Of a DNA stretch of 64,000 nt, positions 8,668 through 18,486 are shown piece after piece; position 1 is the first letter of the stretch; each line of letters opens with the position of its first letter. The notes under the pieces are model-generated. The model searched no databases and was not told where the DNA came from. It saw only the letters and a list, made by a program, of their open reading frames with translations. A program made the translations under genes and the position numbers. Source of the DNA: Promethearchaeota archaeon (GTDB taxonomy: Archaea > Asgardarchaeota > Heimdallarchaeia > Hodarchaeales > Hodarchaeaceae); assembly GCA_048938105.1 (NCBI GenBank), contig JBHLMN010000024.1:1-64000 (forward strand), read 5' to 3'.

Positions 8668-9999
8668 TTGGATCATACTGCAATGAAAACATTAGAAAAA
8701 AACAAAAAACAGATTAGTGTTCTAAACTATGGTTGTAGTGCTAATCGTGCTATTGCAGAGAGCTTGATGGGGATATTAAAAAGACATGGATATATAATCA
8801 CTGATTCTACAGAAGATACTGATTTAATTATCGTTAATACATGTGTCGTAAAACAAAATACAGAGCATAGAATGAAGAGCAAACTACTATCCCTATCAAA
8901 AACAAAAGATATCATTATAACGGGGTGTCTACCTGTTGTTATGCGTGAATGGGTTTCAAAAAGATTACCAAAGGCAAAAGTTCTTTTTCCAGAAGTCGCT
9001 GATCACATTATTGATCTCTTGAATGATCATCCTGTTCAAGAGACTAAGACTGTTGCCCCTCGTATTTGGTCACAGTTGTACACAGGAGATCGCATTAGAT
9101 ATAATCCAGTAATTACCACAGTAGAAATCTCCCGAGGATGTTTGGGATCGTGTACTTTTTGCATTGTAAAAAATATTAAGGGCAAAGTAAGGTCTCGCTC
9201 ACAAGAATCAATATTAAAAGAAATTCAATCAGCGATAGAAAGAGGAAGTAAAGAAATAAGGCTCACATCACAAGATACTGGAACTTATGGTTGGGATTTC
9301 TCTCCTAAGCTTAACATTGCAACTCTCATTGAATCCATTACCCGTTTAAAAGGGGAGTTCTTCATACGGTTAGGGATGATGACTCCCATAACGTTAAAAA
9401 GATTCTTAAATCCTTTAATTCAACAATTACTTACTCCTAAGGTATTTTCTTTTCTTCATCTACCAATTCAGTCGGGGTCTGATCCTATTCTTCAAAAAAT
9501 GAAAAGGAAAGAAATACGCAAGTATTTTATTGGCCTTGTTACACAATTACGTCAAGAAGTTGCTGATCTTGTATTGTCAACTGATATAATGGTTGGTTTT
9601 CCTGGGGAGTCCCAAAACGATTTTGAGGCTACAAAACTACTTCTACGAGAAGTAAGTCCTATTATTGTTAATATTTCTAAATACACAGATCGTCCTGGAA
9701 CTTTAGCCTCTAAACTTTCTCCCAAGGTTCCAACGAAAATAAAAGCTAATAGAAGTAGGGAATTAACTGAATTCACTCGTAGTATAACTCAGAGAGAACT
9801 GAGAAGATGGATTGGATGGGAGGGTATTATGCTTGTTTATAATTTTGGGAAACATAACAATCAGTATATCGGTAGGAATACGTCATATTTACCAATAGTG
9901 GTCGAAAGTGAAAATCTTTCACTAGGTCAAGTTGTAAAAATACATGTAACGGATGCTGGGCCTACTTATCTGATTGGTGAGCCAAAAAAAGGCATTTAA
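8668..9999 (+). CDS. tRNA t6A37 methylthiotransferase (e-MtaB/CDKAL1-like radical SAM)
   Basis: YGCSAN, NTCVVK, GCLGSCTFC (CxxxCxxC), SQDTGTYG, C-terminal TRAM domain. Confidence 0.88.
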   Translation: MDHTAMKTLEKNKKQISVLNYGCSANRAIAESLMGILKRHGYIITDSTEDTDLIIVNTCVVKQNTEHRMKSKLLSLSKTKDIIITGCLPVVMREWVSKRLPKAKVLFPEVADHIIDLLNDHPVQETKTVAPRIWSQLYTGDRIRYNPVITTVEISRGCLGSCTFCIVKNIKGKVRSRSQESILKEIQSAIERGSKEIRLTSQDTGTYGWDFSPKLNIATLIESITRLKGEFFIRLGMMTPITLKRFLNPLIQQLLTPKVFSFLHLPIQSGSDPILQKMKRKEIRKYFIGLVTQLRQEVADLVLSTDIMVGFPGESQNDFEATKLLLREVSPIIVNISKYTDRPGTLASKLSPKVPTKIKANRSRELTEFTRSITQRELRRWIGWEGIMLVYNFGKHNNQYIGRNTSYLPIVVESENLSLGQVVKIHVTDAGPTYLIGEPKKGI

Positions 10000-10046
10000 T
10001 CCTCACGTTGAGGGAAAAACATACAGAAATAAAAAAAAGAAACTAA

Positions 10047-10242
10047 TGCGGGGGATGGGATTTTCGCCTGCTAAGTTCAAAACTAAGCATTGTTTCGAAC
10101 CCACGTACATCTATATGACTGGATTGCTTATCGTGAAGCGATCTTAAGTCCAGCGCCTTTGGACGGCGCTATATATTATGATATGCTAAGCTATCATCTA
10201 GCCCAATAATTGCCGCCTTTGACCTGGCTTGGCTACCCCCGC
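10047..10242 (-). tRNA. tRNA-Leu(TAA) with three introns: D-loop (10159-10218, 60 nt), 37/38 (10125-10142, 18 nt), 59/60 (10061-10093, 33 nt)
   Basis: 85-nt long-variable-arm cloverleaf after splicing; BHB helices CTTA/TAAG and TTCG/CGAA are perfect. Confidence 0.88.
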
Positions 10243-10523
10243 ATTCTAGAGGTAGATTATTGCCACCAAGAAGGCAAGACCTGCATTATGAATATCATTA
10301 TTTATCTTTTTAAGGTGTGACTCTCAATTGTTATACTGTTTTGGTTCTTTAAAAGAGAAAGTACTACCTTAAAATGAGCTTTTATTATGTATTTTAGCCT
10401 GACCTGTTTGTACCTAATTTTTGGAATATATCTTATTCTTATATTCATGTTACTCCTTTCATTTAGCGAGCATGATACTATCCTAAACAAGATTGGATAT
10501 TAAAAAGTCGTTGTAGTAATGAG

Positions 10524-11309
10524 ATGATTAGAGTGTACAATAATTATCACCCTGTTAATTCAAATAAGAGGAAGACATGGGATTTTTTGTCTGTAATTTT
10601 GGTGGAACCCAGTAAACCTCAAAACTTGGGTAATGTTGCACGAGTGATGATGAATTTTGGTTTTTCAAACCTTATCATAATTAATCCTCGTCTCGATTTA
10701 TCAGATCCAGTGATTCAGATTGTGGCTCGTCGTGCTGAAATTATAATTAATCAAGCTATATTAATTTCGAGCTTTAAATATATACGTGACAATTTTAATT
10801 TTATTATCGGCACCACAGCACGAATAGGAAGTGATTATAATTTAAAGCGAGTTGCTATTCCCCCAGAGCAACTGATGAGGGAGGAATTTGATTACAGTAA
10901 GCTAGCACTTGTCTTTGGGAGAGAACAATATGGATTATCTAATGAGGAAATCGGGTTGTGTGATCTATTGGTTAATATTCCAACAAATCTACTCTATCCT
11001 GTTATGAACATGTCACATGCAGCTGCGATTATTCTCTACTTTCTTTCTCAAAAGTTTCAAGAAATTTACCAGGATGTTTCTGAAGCTAAACCAAAATTTC
11101 GTGTCGCTTCTTATAAAGAGCGGCAGATATTATTGAATTACTTTGAACAATTAATTCAAACAACAAAATACCATCCTGAAAAATATCATGTAGCTGTACA
11201 GGCGTTTTCGAATATACTCTCCCGAGGATATGTTACAGGACGTGAGCTAACTACTTTAATGGGAGTATTGAAATGGATCAATCTTAACCTTCAGAATAAA
11301 ATGTATTAG
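10524..11309 (+). CDS. trmJ: TrmJ-family tRNA 2'-O-methyltransferase (SPOUT)
   Basis: NLGNVARVMMNFG, VFGREQYGLSNEE, YPVMNMSHA; true start may be slightly downstream. Confidence 0.88.
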   Translation: MIRVYNNYHPVNSNKRKTWDFLSVILVEPSKPQNLGNVARVMMNFGFSNLIIINPRLDLSDPVIQIVARRAEIIINQAILISSFKYIRDNFNFIIGTTARIGSDYNLKRVAIPPEQLMREEFDYSKLALVFGREQYGLSNEEIGLCDLLVNIPTNLLYPVMNMSHAAAIILYFLSQKFQEIYQDVSEAKPKFRVASYKERQILLNYFEQLIQTTKYHPEKYHVAVQAFSNILSRGYVTGRELTTLMGVLKWINLNLQNKMY

Positions 11310-11564
11310 CTCAGCTAAATTTCTTAATAAACCCCTTAATGACTCTATTTTGGATTTCGAATATGTATTTGTCATGATTCTAAAGTATTTAAGTCAAGAA
11401 ACATAATTATTTATCTAATAGATTAATCTCCTCTCAGTGAAGTGAATAATAAAAAAATTAATGAAAAGAAGGAAAGCGGTTTTAAAGCGTAACTTCTTCC
11501 CCAATATAGTCTTGTATAAAAAAAAATTTCTATATAAATTACTTTTTAGGGAAAAGCATATCAA

Positions 11565-11637
11565 GCGCCGATAGTCCAGCCTGGTAAGACTCCTGTCTGC
11601 CACACAGGTGACCTGGGTTCAAATCCCGGTCGGCGCA
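11565..11637 (+). tRNA. tRNA-Gly(GCC), no intron
   Basis: GCGCCGA/TCGGCGC acceptor, CCTGT-CTGCCAC-ACAGG anticodon arm. Confidence 0.95.
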
Positions 11638-11696
11638 CTTCTTCCTATTCAATTAATCCAATAATTCTTAAGTTAAGTTGTAGTATTCTTTACTTC

Positions 11697-12698
11697 TCAT
11701 TGGACTTTTTTTCGAAAAGCATCCCATCCTTTCATAGGCACAGGTGTTAACTCTTCTTTTTGAGAAATAAAAACCCCTTTAGAATCAATACATTCCCCAA
11801 TGACGAAGAATTGGCTGTTATTTAGTCTGAAAATGTTCCTTAACAGTTCTAATTTAGAAGGAGGAACAGTAAAGATTAGCTCATATTCTTCACCACCAAA
11901 CATTGTAATCTCCTGAATTGTATCAAATGATTCTAGAAATGATTCTAACTCAGGATATATTGGGAGCTTATTCACGACAATACCAATATCCGAAGCTTGT
12001 GATAGCCAGTGTAATGAAATGGCTAATCCATCAGAACTGTCAATTGAAGAAGTTGCTAAATCATGTTTTCTTAGTAACACCCCCTCCTTAAGTCGTAATT
12101 GTGGTTCATATAGTAAGACTGTGCCAAGCTGAAGAAGTTCATCTGGAATTGTTTCATATTTTCTATTCATTGGAGACAATAGATAGTCTAATCCTATAGT
12201 AGTCAGTCCAAAATGCCCTGTAACACAAACTAGATCTCCTTTTCTTGCGTCTCGTCTTGTTAAAATAGTTCCCCTTTTTATAGAACCCAAACCAACTCCT
12301 GTCAGGACTGTTTCGGTCGAAGAGCCTAGGTCGCCTCCTAAGAATTTTGCACCATACTTATGGCTTGTTTTTTGGATTGCAGAGACTAATTCTATGAGTT
12401 CATCTTCTCTCATTAAACTCTCCAAGACCAAAGAGGATATGAATAAGTCAGGTGTTGCCCCTTTCGCTACTAAGTCCGAAAACGTTATGGTTACTAATTT
12501 TGCTCCTAGTTGTCTCCATGTCTGCTTTGGTAGGAAATCAGAATCCCTAGACATTGTGTCAACATTAACTAGGATATAAGGAAGGATATTGCTATAAAGA
12601 TATGCGTCTTCATTAGTCCCAAGAAGGTCAGAAGAGTCAATATATACTTGTAGGAGATTAATAACACTAGATTCTCCTAAATTTTCGAGGTATTTCAT
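11697..12698 (-). CDS. thiL: Thiamine-monophosphate kinase
   Basis: LGE N-terminus, SDLVAKGA, GGDL, IDSSDGLA, GGEEYELIFT; start set at ATG 12698. Confidence 0.9.
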   Translation of the reverse strand: MKYLENLGESSVINLLQVYIDSSDLLGTNEDAYLYSNILPYILVNVDTMSRDSDFLPKQTWRQLGAKLVTITFSDLVAKGATPDLFISSLVLESLMREDELIELVSAIQKTSHKYGAKFLGGDLGSSTETVLTGVGLGSIKRGTILTRRDARKGDLVCVTGHFGLTTIGLDYLLSPMNRKYETIPDELLQLGTVLLYEPQLRLKEGVLLRKHDLATSSIDSSDGLAISLHWLSQASDIGIVVNKLPIYPELESFLESFDTIQEITMFGGEEYELIFTVPPSKLELLRNIFRLNNSQFFVIGECIDSKGVFISQKEELTPVPMKGWDAFRKKVQ

Positions 12699-12765
12699 TT
12701 GTTTGCATAGTTCTCGTTCCAGTATTTTTATTTTCAGTAAAAATTCTAGGTTATCGTGAAAGTAA

Positions 12766-14259
12766 ATGAGTGAAAATGATACTAAAATCCCCGAAGAACG
12801 CAAAGCGAACTTACGGGCGTTTATTCAGCCAATTTTTTTTGTAATCTTGATTGCAATTGTGTTATCGTTATCCACGCTTGAATTTTACGCACTGAACCAA
12901 GAAAATATAATTGAAAATAATGATTTTGAATCAGATTCCGCTAAATGGACAATATCTGGAACAACGTTTGGATTACCAGCTTATTCTGGTTCAAAGTCAG
13001 CCATAATAACTCCAGGTGGATATGTGGCTCAAGATCTATCTGATATTCCAGTAGAAGAAAAATCCTTAATTTCTTTCTGGGTTTTGGACGCTGACAATGC
13101 TACTCTAGAGTTTATTGTATATTATAATGATAATACAACAACAGTTATTAATTTTACTTTAGGTAACACAGGTTTATGGAAAAATAAGAATATTACCAAT
13201 CTTGTGGTTGGCAAATTTGTTAATAAAATTAATATTACTAATACTGATGCTTCCGCTAATATTAACGTTGATTATTTTGAACTCTCTATTGCAGATATTC
13301 CAGATATTTCCCCAATTCCTGAAAATCCAGAGGATCCAGGGGGAATCGCTTTGGGAGCAATATTAAATATGCTTTTTTATGTTACATTGGCATTTATTGG
13401 GGGACTAATAGTTCTGGTTATAATAAAGAAAGGATTAATGCAATTTTTAGTTTATTTTTTTGCAGCGATGATGGGATTTAGCTGGTTTGTTTTTGGGTTA
13501 TTCTATGGAGTTATTGTTCTATTTGAAGTATTAAACCTGGCCTGGGCTATTATTCCTTCACTCATTCAAGAATGGATTAATGATTTCTTCGAGTGGAGTG
13601 TAACAATTGGAACACAACAGGTTTTCATGATTGAAATACTGTTGTATATTTTTGCCTTACTCTTAGGGTTACTTGGTACAATCTCATTTGGAATTCAAAG
13701 TTTTGATAAGATTTGGCTCCGAAATCTGATGATGATATTTTTTGGCGCAATGATCGGCTCAATGTTGGCTATACATCTTGGTTTACTTACGACTCTCTTA
13801 ATCTTAGTGGGTTTATCATTGTATGACATTTATGCTGTGTTTCGCGGCCCATTGAAAGGAATTATTGAACATGGCCGTGAATCGGTAAATCAATTTGAAG
13901 AAAACATGAACTCTCAAAATGAAGTGGAATATGAGAAAGTACCCCTGTTACCTGCACTTCCTGTCTATTCTACTCCTTTAATAAATATAGGTTTAGGTGA
14001 TTTTGCTTTTTTCAGTATGTTGATCAGTACCGCGGTAGTAATAGGAAGTAAATTAGCTACTCCAATTCCCCTGATTATGTCACTCATTGGACTCTTCATA
14101 GGTGCATACTACACTTTTAGATTGTTGAAGAAGGATCGTGCTTTACCTGGTCTCCCCCTACCTATTTTTGGGGGACTGGGGTGTCTAGTTTTAGGCATTT
14201 TAAGCTGCCTGCTTTTAGGTATATCTACTATGGATTCAGTCATCAACCTTTTTGCTTGA
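12766..14259 (+). CDS. Presenilin-family intramembrane aspartyl protease with an inserted extracellular beta-sandwich (CBM-like) domain
   Basis: LYDIYAVF (YD), IGLGDFAF (GxGD), ALPGLP (PAL-like) motifs; ~9 TM segments. Confidence 0.85.
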   Translation: MSENDTKIPEERKANLRAFIQPIFFVILIAIVLSLSTLEFYALNQENIIENNDFESDSAKWTISGTTFGLPAYSGSKSAIITPGGYVAQDLSDIPVEEKSLISFWVLDADNATLEFIVYYNDNTTTVINFTLGNTGLWKNKNITNLVVGKFVNKINITNTDASANINVDYFELSIADIPDISPIPENPEDPGGIALGAILNMLFYVTLAFIGGLIVLVIIKKGLMQFLVYFFAAMMGFSWFVFGLFYGVIVLFEVLNLAWAIIPSLIQEWINDFFEWSVTIGTQQVFMIEILLYIFALLLGLLGTISFGIQSFDKIWLRNLMMIFFGAMIGSMLAIHLGLLTTLLILVGLSLYDIYAVFRGPLKGIIEHGRESVNQFEENMNSQNEVEYEKVPLLPALPVYSTPLINIGLGDFAFFSMLISTAVVIGSKLATPIPLIMSLIGLFIGAYYTFRLLKKDRALPGLPLPIFGGLGCLVLGILSCLLLGISTMDSVINLFA

Positions 14260-14314
14260 AATTCCATTGTCTTTATTGAAAAAAAGGGGCTTAGTGAAAA
14301 GAGGGCTAAGAAAA

Positions 14315-14602
14315 TCACATAGCAAATATAGCTTCTCTTTCAAGCTGTATAAGATATTCATTCACTTTTGTTTCGATATCAATACCTAATTGTCCAGCTA
14401 AAATAATTGCATTCAAAAAAGTAGTTATAATTTCTTCCGCTACTTTTTCATTGTTTAAAAGATTGGGATCCACCATTTTTTGGAGAGATTTTACCAATCT
14501 TGGATTAAAAAAAGGTGATTTAACGTTGTAACTTCCCGTAAAATGGTTAATTAGTGTTTTAACACGATTCTGAATCTCTGATACACTCATGTAATATTGC
14601 AT
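14315..14602 (-). CDS. Hypothetical protein, degenerate MazG-like
   Basis: C-terminal EEI...ILAGQLGIDIE resembles MazG helices without the catalytic Asp; GGTGA RBS upstream. Confidence 0.45.
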   Translation of the reverse strand: MQYYMSVSEIQNRVKTLINHFTGSYNVKSPFFNPRLVKSLQKMVDPNLLNNEKVAEEIITTFLNAIILAGQLGIDIETKVNEYLIQLEREAIFAM

Positions 14603-15270
14603 TAGATATTCACCTATCTGAATTTTTCTTTCACGTTATCCTTGGTTTTTTCTCCTTTATTAATGTTTTCTGGAAATAGTACGGTGATAATCAATCGTAT
14701 TCCAGATCGTAATTTGGGATTATTCATCATTTTTGTCGTTATTTCTTGTTTTCTGCATTCGAAATTGAGGGGGCGGGGGGTCTGCCAAAAATTAAAGTTT
14801 AAAGATACCCTGACATACCTTGATGATTTATTAATTAATCGTGAATAATTGACCACAGAAATATTAAAAAATGTGGAGGTGTGTTTTCCAAATAAATTAA
14901 ACTTTATTCGCTAGTAGAAGAGAAAATGTAATGAGTATTATCCTTTTGTGTACACTATTTTGTACGAGATAACTTTACTATAGTTTTTTTAGCTATATAT
15001 TTCTCAAAATTTCCCGTGTACTGATTTTTATGCAATTGTGGATATTTTAGGTTATTCAACATGTTGATATAGAAGAGAATCCAAGTTTTCTTTTTCTCCT
15101 CCAAATTTGGCTTCTATCTAGCAAGAAAGAATTTAAATTTACGTAAAATCCCTTAAGATAGTCACATTTCATCTCCAATTCCAGAAGTTAAATTTTGATT
15201 ATGTGATGATAGGTAATACACAGAAAAGGAACTTAATGCAAATCTAATCGCTGAAAAGGAACCCAACACA

Positions 15271-15432
15271 ATGCCAATCACTGATCCTGAAAAAAGAGAC
15301 ATTGTTCGAAATGCATTACTTGATATGATGATATGTAGAAAGTGCTACGCACGAAACCCTCCAGGTGCAACGAAATGTCGGCGATGTCACTCTAAAAGAT
15401 TGCGACCCAAACGAAAAGAGCGGGCAGGATAG
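15271..15432 (+). CDS. rpl40e: 50S ribosomal protein L40e (not in ORF track)
   Basis: MPITDPEK...[27 protein letters not shown]. Confidence 0.95.
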   Translation: MPITDPEKRDIVRNALLDMMICRKCYARNPPGATKCRRCHSKRLRPKRKERAG

Positions 15433-15486
15433 CGTTTTTTGCTATCAAAAAGGTAACTCATATTATAGTTCATTTGAGGTTACTAG

Positions 15487-16521
15487 TTGCAAGTCTATGA
15501 TGGAAGTTTAGGAGAAGGAGGAGGATCTATTCTTCGATTAGTAACATCTCTTGCCCTCATAACTCAAGAATCAGTAAAAATCGTGAATATCCGAAAAAAT
15601 CGTCCAAACCCTGGACTCCAAACTCAACATCTTATGGGTCTTCGAGCACTAGCTAATTTTTGTGGAGGTGAATTAAAAGGAGATTATATTGGATCCAAGA
15701 CTATATCTTTCAACCCTGCAAATTCCTGGAGGTCTCAGTTGAAAATTCATGTTTCTACTGCAGGTAGTCTAGGATTAATATTACAATCTCTCCAGCTAGC
15801 CGTCCTTGGGAGTAAGAATCATCCGCTAGAAGTAGAGCTTCAAGGTGGAGCTACTTTTGGAAAATGGGCACCCAGTATTCCCTACATAAATCATGTTACT
15901 TGGCAAATTCTTCGTCAAATGAATTATGAACTTAAATTAATTATAAATCATCATGGGTTCTATCCCAAGGGAGGAGCACAAATTTCAGCTTTTATGAAGT
16001 CTCCCTCCTTTTTACAAGGCTTGGATCTGGAAAAATTTCAAATACCAGAATTCGTTAATATCCAGTCATTTGCGTCAAAACATCTTCAAAAAGCACGAGT
16101 TGCAGAAAGACAAGCCGATGTTATTACAAAAGCTTTAATAAAACAGAATATTGAATCAAAAATTAGAAATGAATATGTAAATGCAAATAATCCAGGTTCT
16201 GGTGTATTAATATTCTCAAAAATGGGAAATAGCGTATTAAGCGGGGATTTTGTTGGCGAACGTAAAATAACTGCAGAAAAAGTTGGACTAAAGGCCTTTG
16301 AACGTTATATTGTTTCATTAAACAGTCAAAGTACTGTTGATCCATTCTTAGCAGACCAAATTTTGCCTATCATGGCAACAGCATCCAACTCTAGTGTTTT
16401 TTATACTCCTTATTTATCCAATCATACTAAAACGAATATTAGGCTGATTCAAGAAGTATTAGGAGTTGTAATTCATACAGAGAAGATTAATAATCGGTTC
16501 AAAGTTTTAGTTGATGTTTAG
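15487..16521 (+). CDS. rtcA: RNA 3'-terminal phosphate cyclase
   Basis: DGSLGEGGG, RPNPGLQTQH, GFYPKGG, LADQ, SNHTKTN. Confidence 0.93.
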   Translation: MQVYDGSLGEGGGSILRLVTSLALITQESVKIVNIRKNRPNPGLQTQHLMGLRALANFCGGELKGDYIGSKTISFNPANSWRSQLKIHVSTAGSLGLILQSLQLAVLGSKNHPLEVELQGGATFGKWAPSIPYINHVTWQILRQMNYELKLIINHHGFYPKGGAQISAFMKSPSFLQGLDLEKFQIPEFVNIQSFASKHLQKARVAERQADVITKALIKQNIESKIRNEYVNANNPGSGVLIFSKMGNSVLSGDFVGERKITAEKVGLKAFERYIVSLNSQSTVDPFLADQILPIMATASNSSVFYTPYLSNHTKTNIRLIQEVLGVVIHTEKINNRFKVLVDV

Positions 16522-16833
16522 AGGGCGGGTCTCCCCAGAAATCCATTTTAGGTATGCCTCGCTCCCTGAGTGAATTGGATAAACCACAAAAGCGGGTAAA
16601 TCATATGAATGGGATTCTTGGAAAATAGTTTGGATCTTTTCGATCAAAAAATCTTGGGTTTTAGACCATAGGATTATCTCTGTTGCCTCTTCGATATTTC
16701 CTTTCCAACGGTAAATTGAATGAACATTATGGATTAAATTTACACAAGCTACCAGCTTTTTTTCAATCAAGAGATGTCCAAAAGCTTTTGCTTCCTCCAA
16801 ACTATCAAAAGTTGTATATATCGCAACGAACAT
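16507..16833 (-). CDS. cutA: Divalent-cation tolerance protein CutA
   Basis: LVACVN, SIYRWKG, HSYDLP, YLKWI. Confidence 0.92.
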   Translation of the reverse strand: MFVAIYTTFDSLEEAKAFGHLLIEKKLVACVNLIHNVHSIYRWKGNIEEATEIILWSKTQDFLIEKIQTIFQESHSYDLPAFVVYPIHSGSEAYLKWISGETRPLNIN

Positions 16834-16835
16834 AA

Positions 16836-17210
16836 TTATTCCTTCATCACTTTTTTTCTACCAACCAAATAACCAAATCTTTGTTCTTTCTTACAGTTCA
16901 AACAAAGATAATGAATTTGTTGTTTTTTGCTATTTAGACGAATTCTTGCAGTTTCAATGCTCAAAGGATAAAAACAAGATCGACAAAATAAGACACGATA
17001 TTTATGTGGAAGATGAAATCGTCCTCTCTTCCCGATTTTTCGGGCTGAGTGATACAGCTCTTGAGATCGTTCAGGATCTGTTAAACGGATTTTCAAGCTC
17101 TCCTCAAGTAGAAATTTTACAGCTTCTCGGGCTAATAATTTTGTTTCTTGGCGTTCTAAAGATCTTTTTCGCTTTTTTCGGTGATGTGAAGAGACCATAT
17201 TATTAAACAC
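16836..17210 (-). CDS. rnp4: Ribonuclease P protein component 4 (Rpp21)
   Basis: FCRSC...ARIRL...CLNC zinc ribbon. Confidence 0.85.
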   Translation of the reverse strand: MFNNMVSSHHRKKRKRSLERQETKLLAREAVKFLLEESLKIRLTDPERSQELYHSARKIGKRGRFHLPHKYRVLFCRSCFYPLSIETARIRLNSKKQQIHYLCLNCKKEQRFGYLVGRKKVMKE

Positions 17211-17408
17211 CTTATCATCTGATCCTAAATCAATGAAACAGGCCTTTTCAATGATTAAAGTATTTTAAAATTATTGATTAATTAAATGAAAAATATTAAA
17301 CCACTCTTAAAGCTCTTGTTTCGCCAGTTACCAACTTATTGACAAAGCTTTTTAATTTAAAGCAGGGGGGGTTGTATTGCCATTAAAGGCGATATTTCGT
17401 GAGGACTT

Positions 17409-17548
17409 GCTCCGATAGTGTAGCTCGGCCCATCATTCCGGGCTTTCGCCCCGAATCTGGCTGAATTCGATGTCGATCTCAAGCGGAAAGACCCGGGTTC
17501 AAAAGACACAAATGAGATGTTTGTGGACGGAAAATCCCGGTCGGAGCA
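17409..17548 (+). tRNA. tRNA-Glu(TTC) with two non-canonical introns: ~44/45 (17456-17489, 34 nt) and 59/60 (17504-17534, 31 nt)
   Basis: Exons nearly identical to tRNA-Glu(CTC); 75 nt after splicing; variable-loop boundary is less certain (gives C27-A43 mismatch). Confidence 0.85.
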
Positions 17549-17593
17549 TTCCTTTTCAATTCAAAATTCCCCCTCATAACCAAGTGATTCATT

Positions 17594-17833
17594 ATGAGTA
17601 GACCTTTAGATGTATTAACAGCTGCTCTTAACAAGAAAGTGATCCTTAAAGTTAGAGGACATCGTGAAATTCGTGGGATTTTACGTAGCTACGATCCACA
17701 CTTAAATTTGTATCTAGAAGATGCAGAGATGATATATCCACCAAAGGAAGAGGATAATCAAGAGTCAGTAACAGAAGCTCTAGGAAATATCATACTCCGT
17801 GGAGACAATGTAATCCTCATCTCTCCCCCTTAG
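17594..17833 (+). CDS. Sm-like archaeal protein (SmAP1/Lsm)
   Basis: RPLDVL, GILRSYDPHLNL, ILRGDNV; upstream of rpl37e as usual. Confidence 0.93.
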   Translation: MSRPLDVLTAALNKKVILKVRGHREIRGILRSYDPHLNLYLEDAEMIYPPKEEDNQESVTEALGNIILRGDNVILISPP

Positions 17834-17880
17834 GAAGAGTAAATCCAGTTAAAAACCAGCTAGTTATCGAGTTGTGAAAA

Positions 17881-18069
17881 ATGACAAAAGGAACTGCAGC
17901 AAGCGGAAAACACACAGCTAAACGGACTCATATGCAATGTCGAAGATGTGGAAATCGATCCTATCACAAACGTAAACGCCAATGTGCTTACTGTGGATAT
18001 CCAAATCCTAAACTACGACGATATTCTTGGGTACGTAAAAATTTCAATCGACGTCGTCGAATTGATTAG
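17881..18069 (+). CDS. rpl37e: 50S ribosomal protein L37e
   Basis: MTKGT...HMQCRRCG..SYH...CAYCGYP. Confidence 0.95.
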   Translation: MTKGTAASGKHTAKRTHMQCRRCGNRSYHKRKRQCAYCGYPNPKLRRYSWVRKNFNRRRRID

Positions 18070-18155
18070 AAATACTCTAAGTTTCTCTTCCAATAAACAT
18101 GTAAAAATTTTTAATCACTTGCTAACATTGATCGAATTACTTCATATCTACACCT

Positions 18156-18314
18156 GCCGAGGTAGCTTAGAGTTTGCTTTCATGAGCAAATGAGAAACCC
18201 GGGAGGATAACCATTCTATGGTGGTATTGGTTCCCGTCAGCGCTGGACTGAAGTCCCAGATTCACCTGTGTGATGGATATCCAGTTGTCGTGCGTTCAAA
18301 TCGCACCCTCGGCA
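18156..18314 (+). tRNA. tRNA-Phe(GAA) with three introns: 15/16 (18171-18197), 22/23 (18206-18238), 37/38 (18254-18278)
   Basis: 74-nt cloverleaf GCCGAGG TA GCTT AGCCCGGGA GAGC G CTGGA CTGAAGA TCCAG ... CCTCGGC A after splicing. Confidence 0.85.
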
Positions 18315-18486
18315 TATTCTGATATGTTAATAGAGAAATAATATCTGGTTTCCTTTCAATCAAAGAGGAAGAAGAGATTAGTTTAAATTTGTGAGGGAGT
18401 ATAGTTGCGAAGCTTTTATCAAAGGAGAGAAATCAAATAAAGAGAATTAAATGTACAATATATCGAAAGTTCTGGAGAGATAAAAG

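Noticed and set aside
11415-11603. 62-aa ORF (also 17948-18193)
   Set aside because: These overlap tRNA-Gly antisense, or rpl37e and tRNA-Phe; no protein-like features.
14614-14856. Two opposing short ORFs and a possible C/D-box sRNA (ATGATGA on the minus strand)
   Set aside because: No recognisable motifs in the ORFs and no properly placed CTGA D box.
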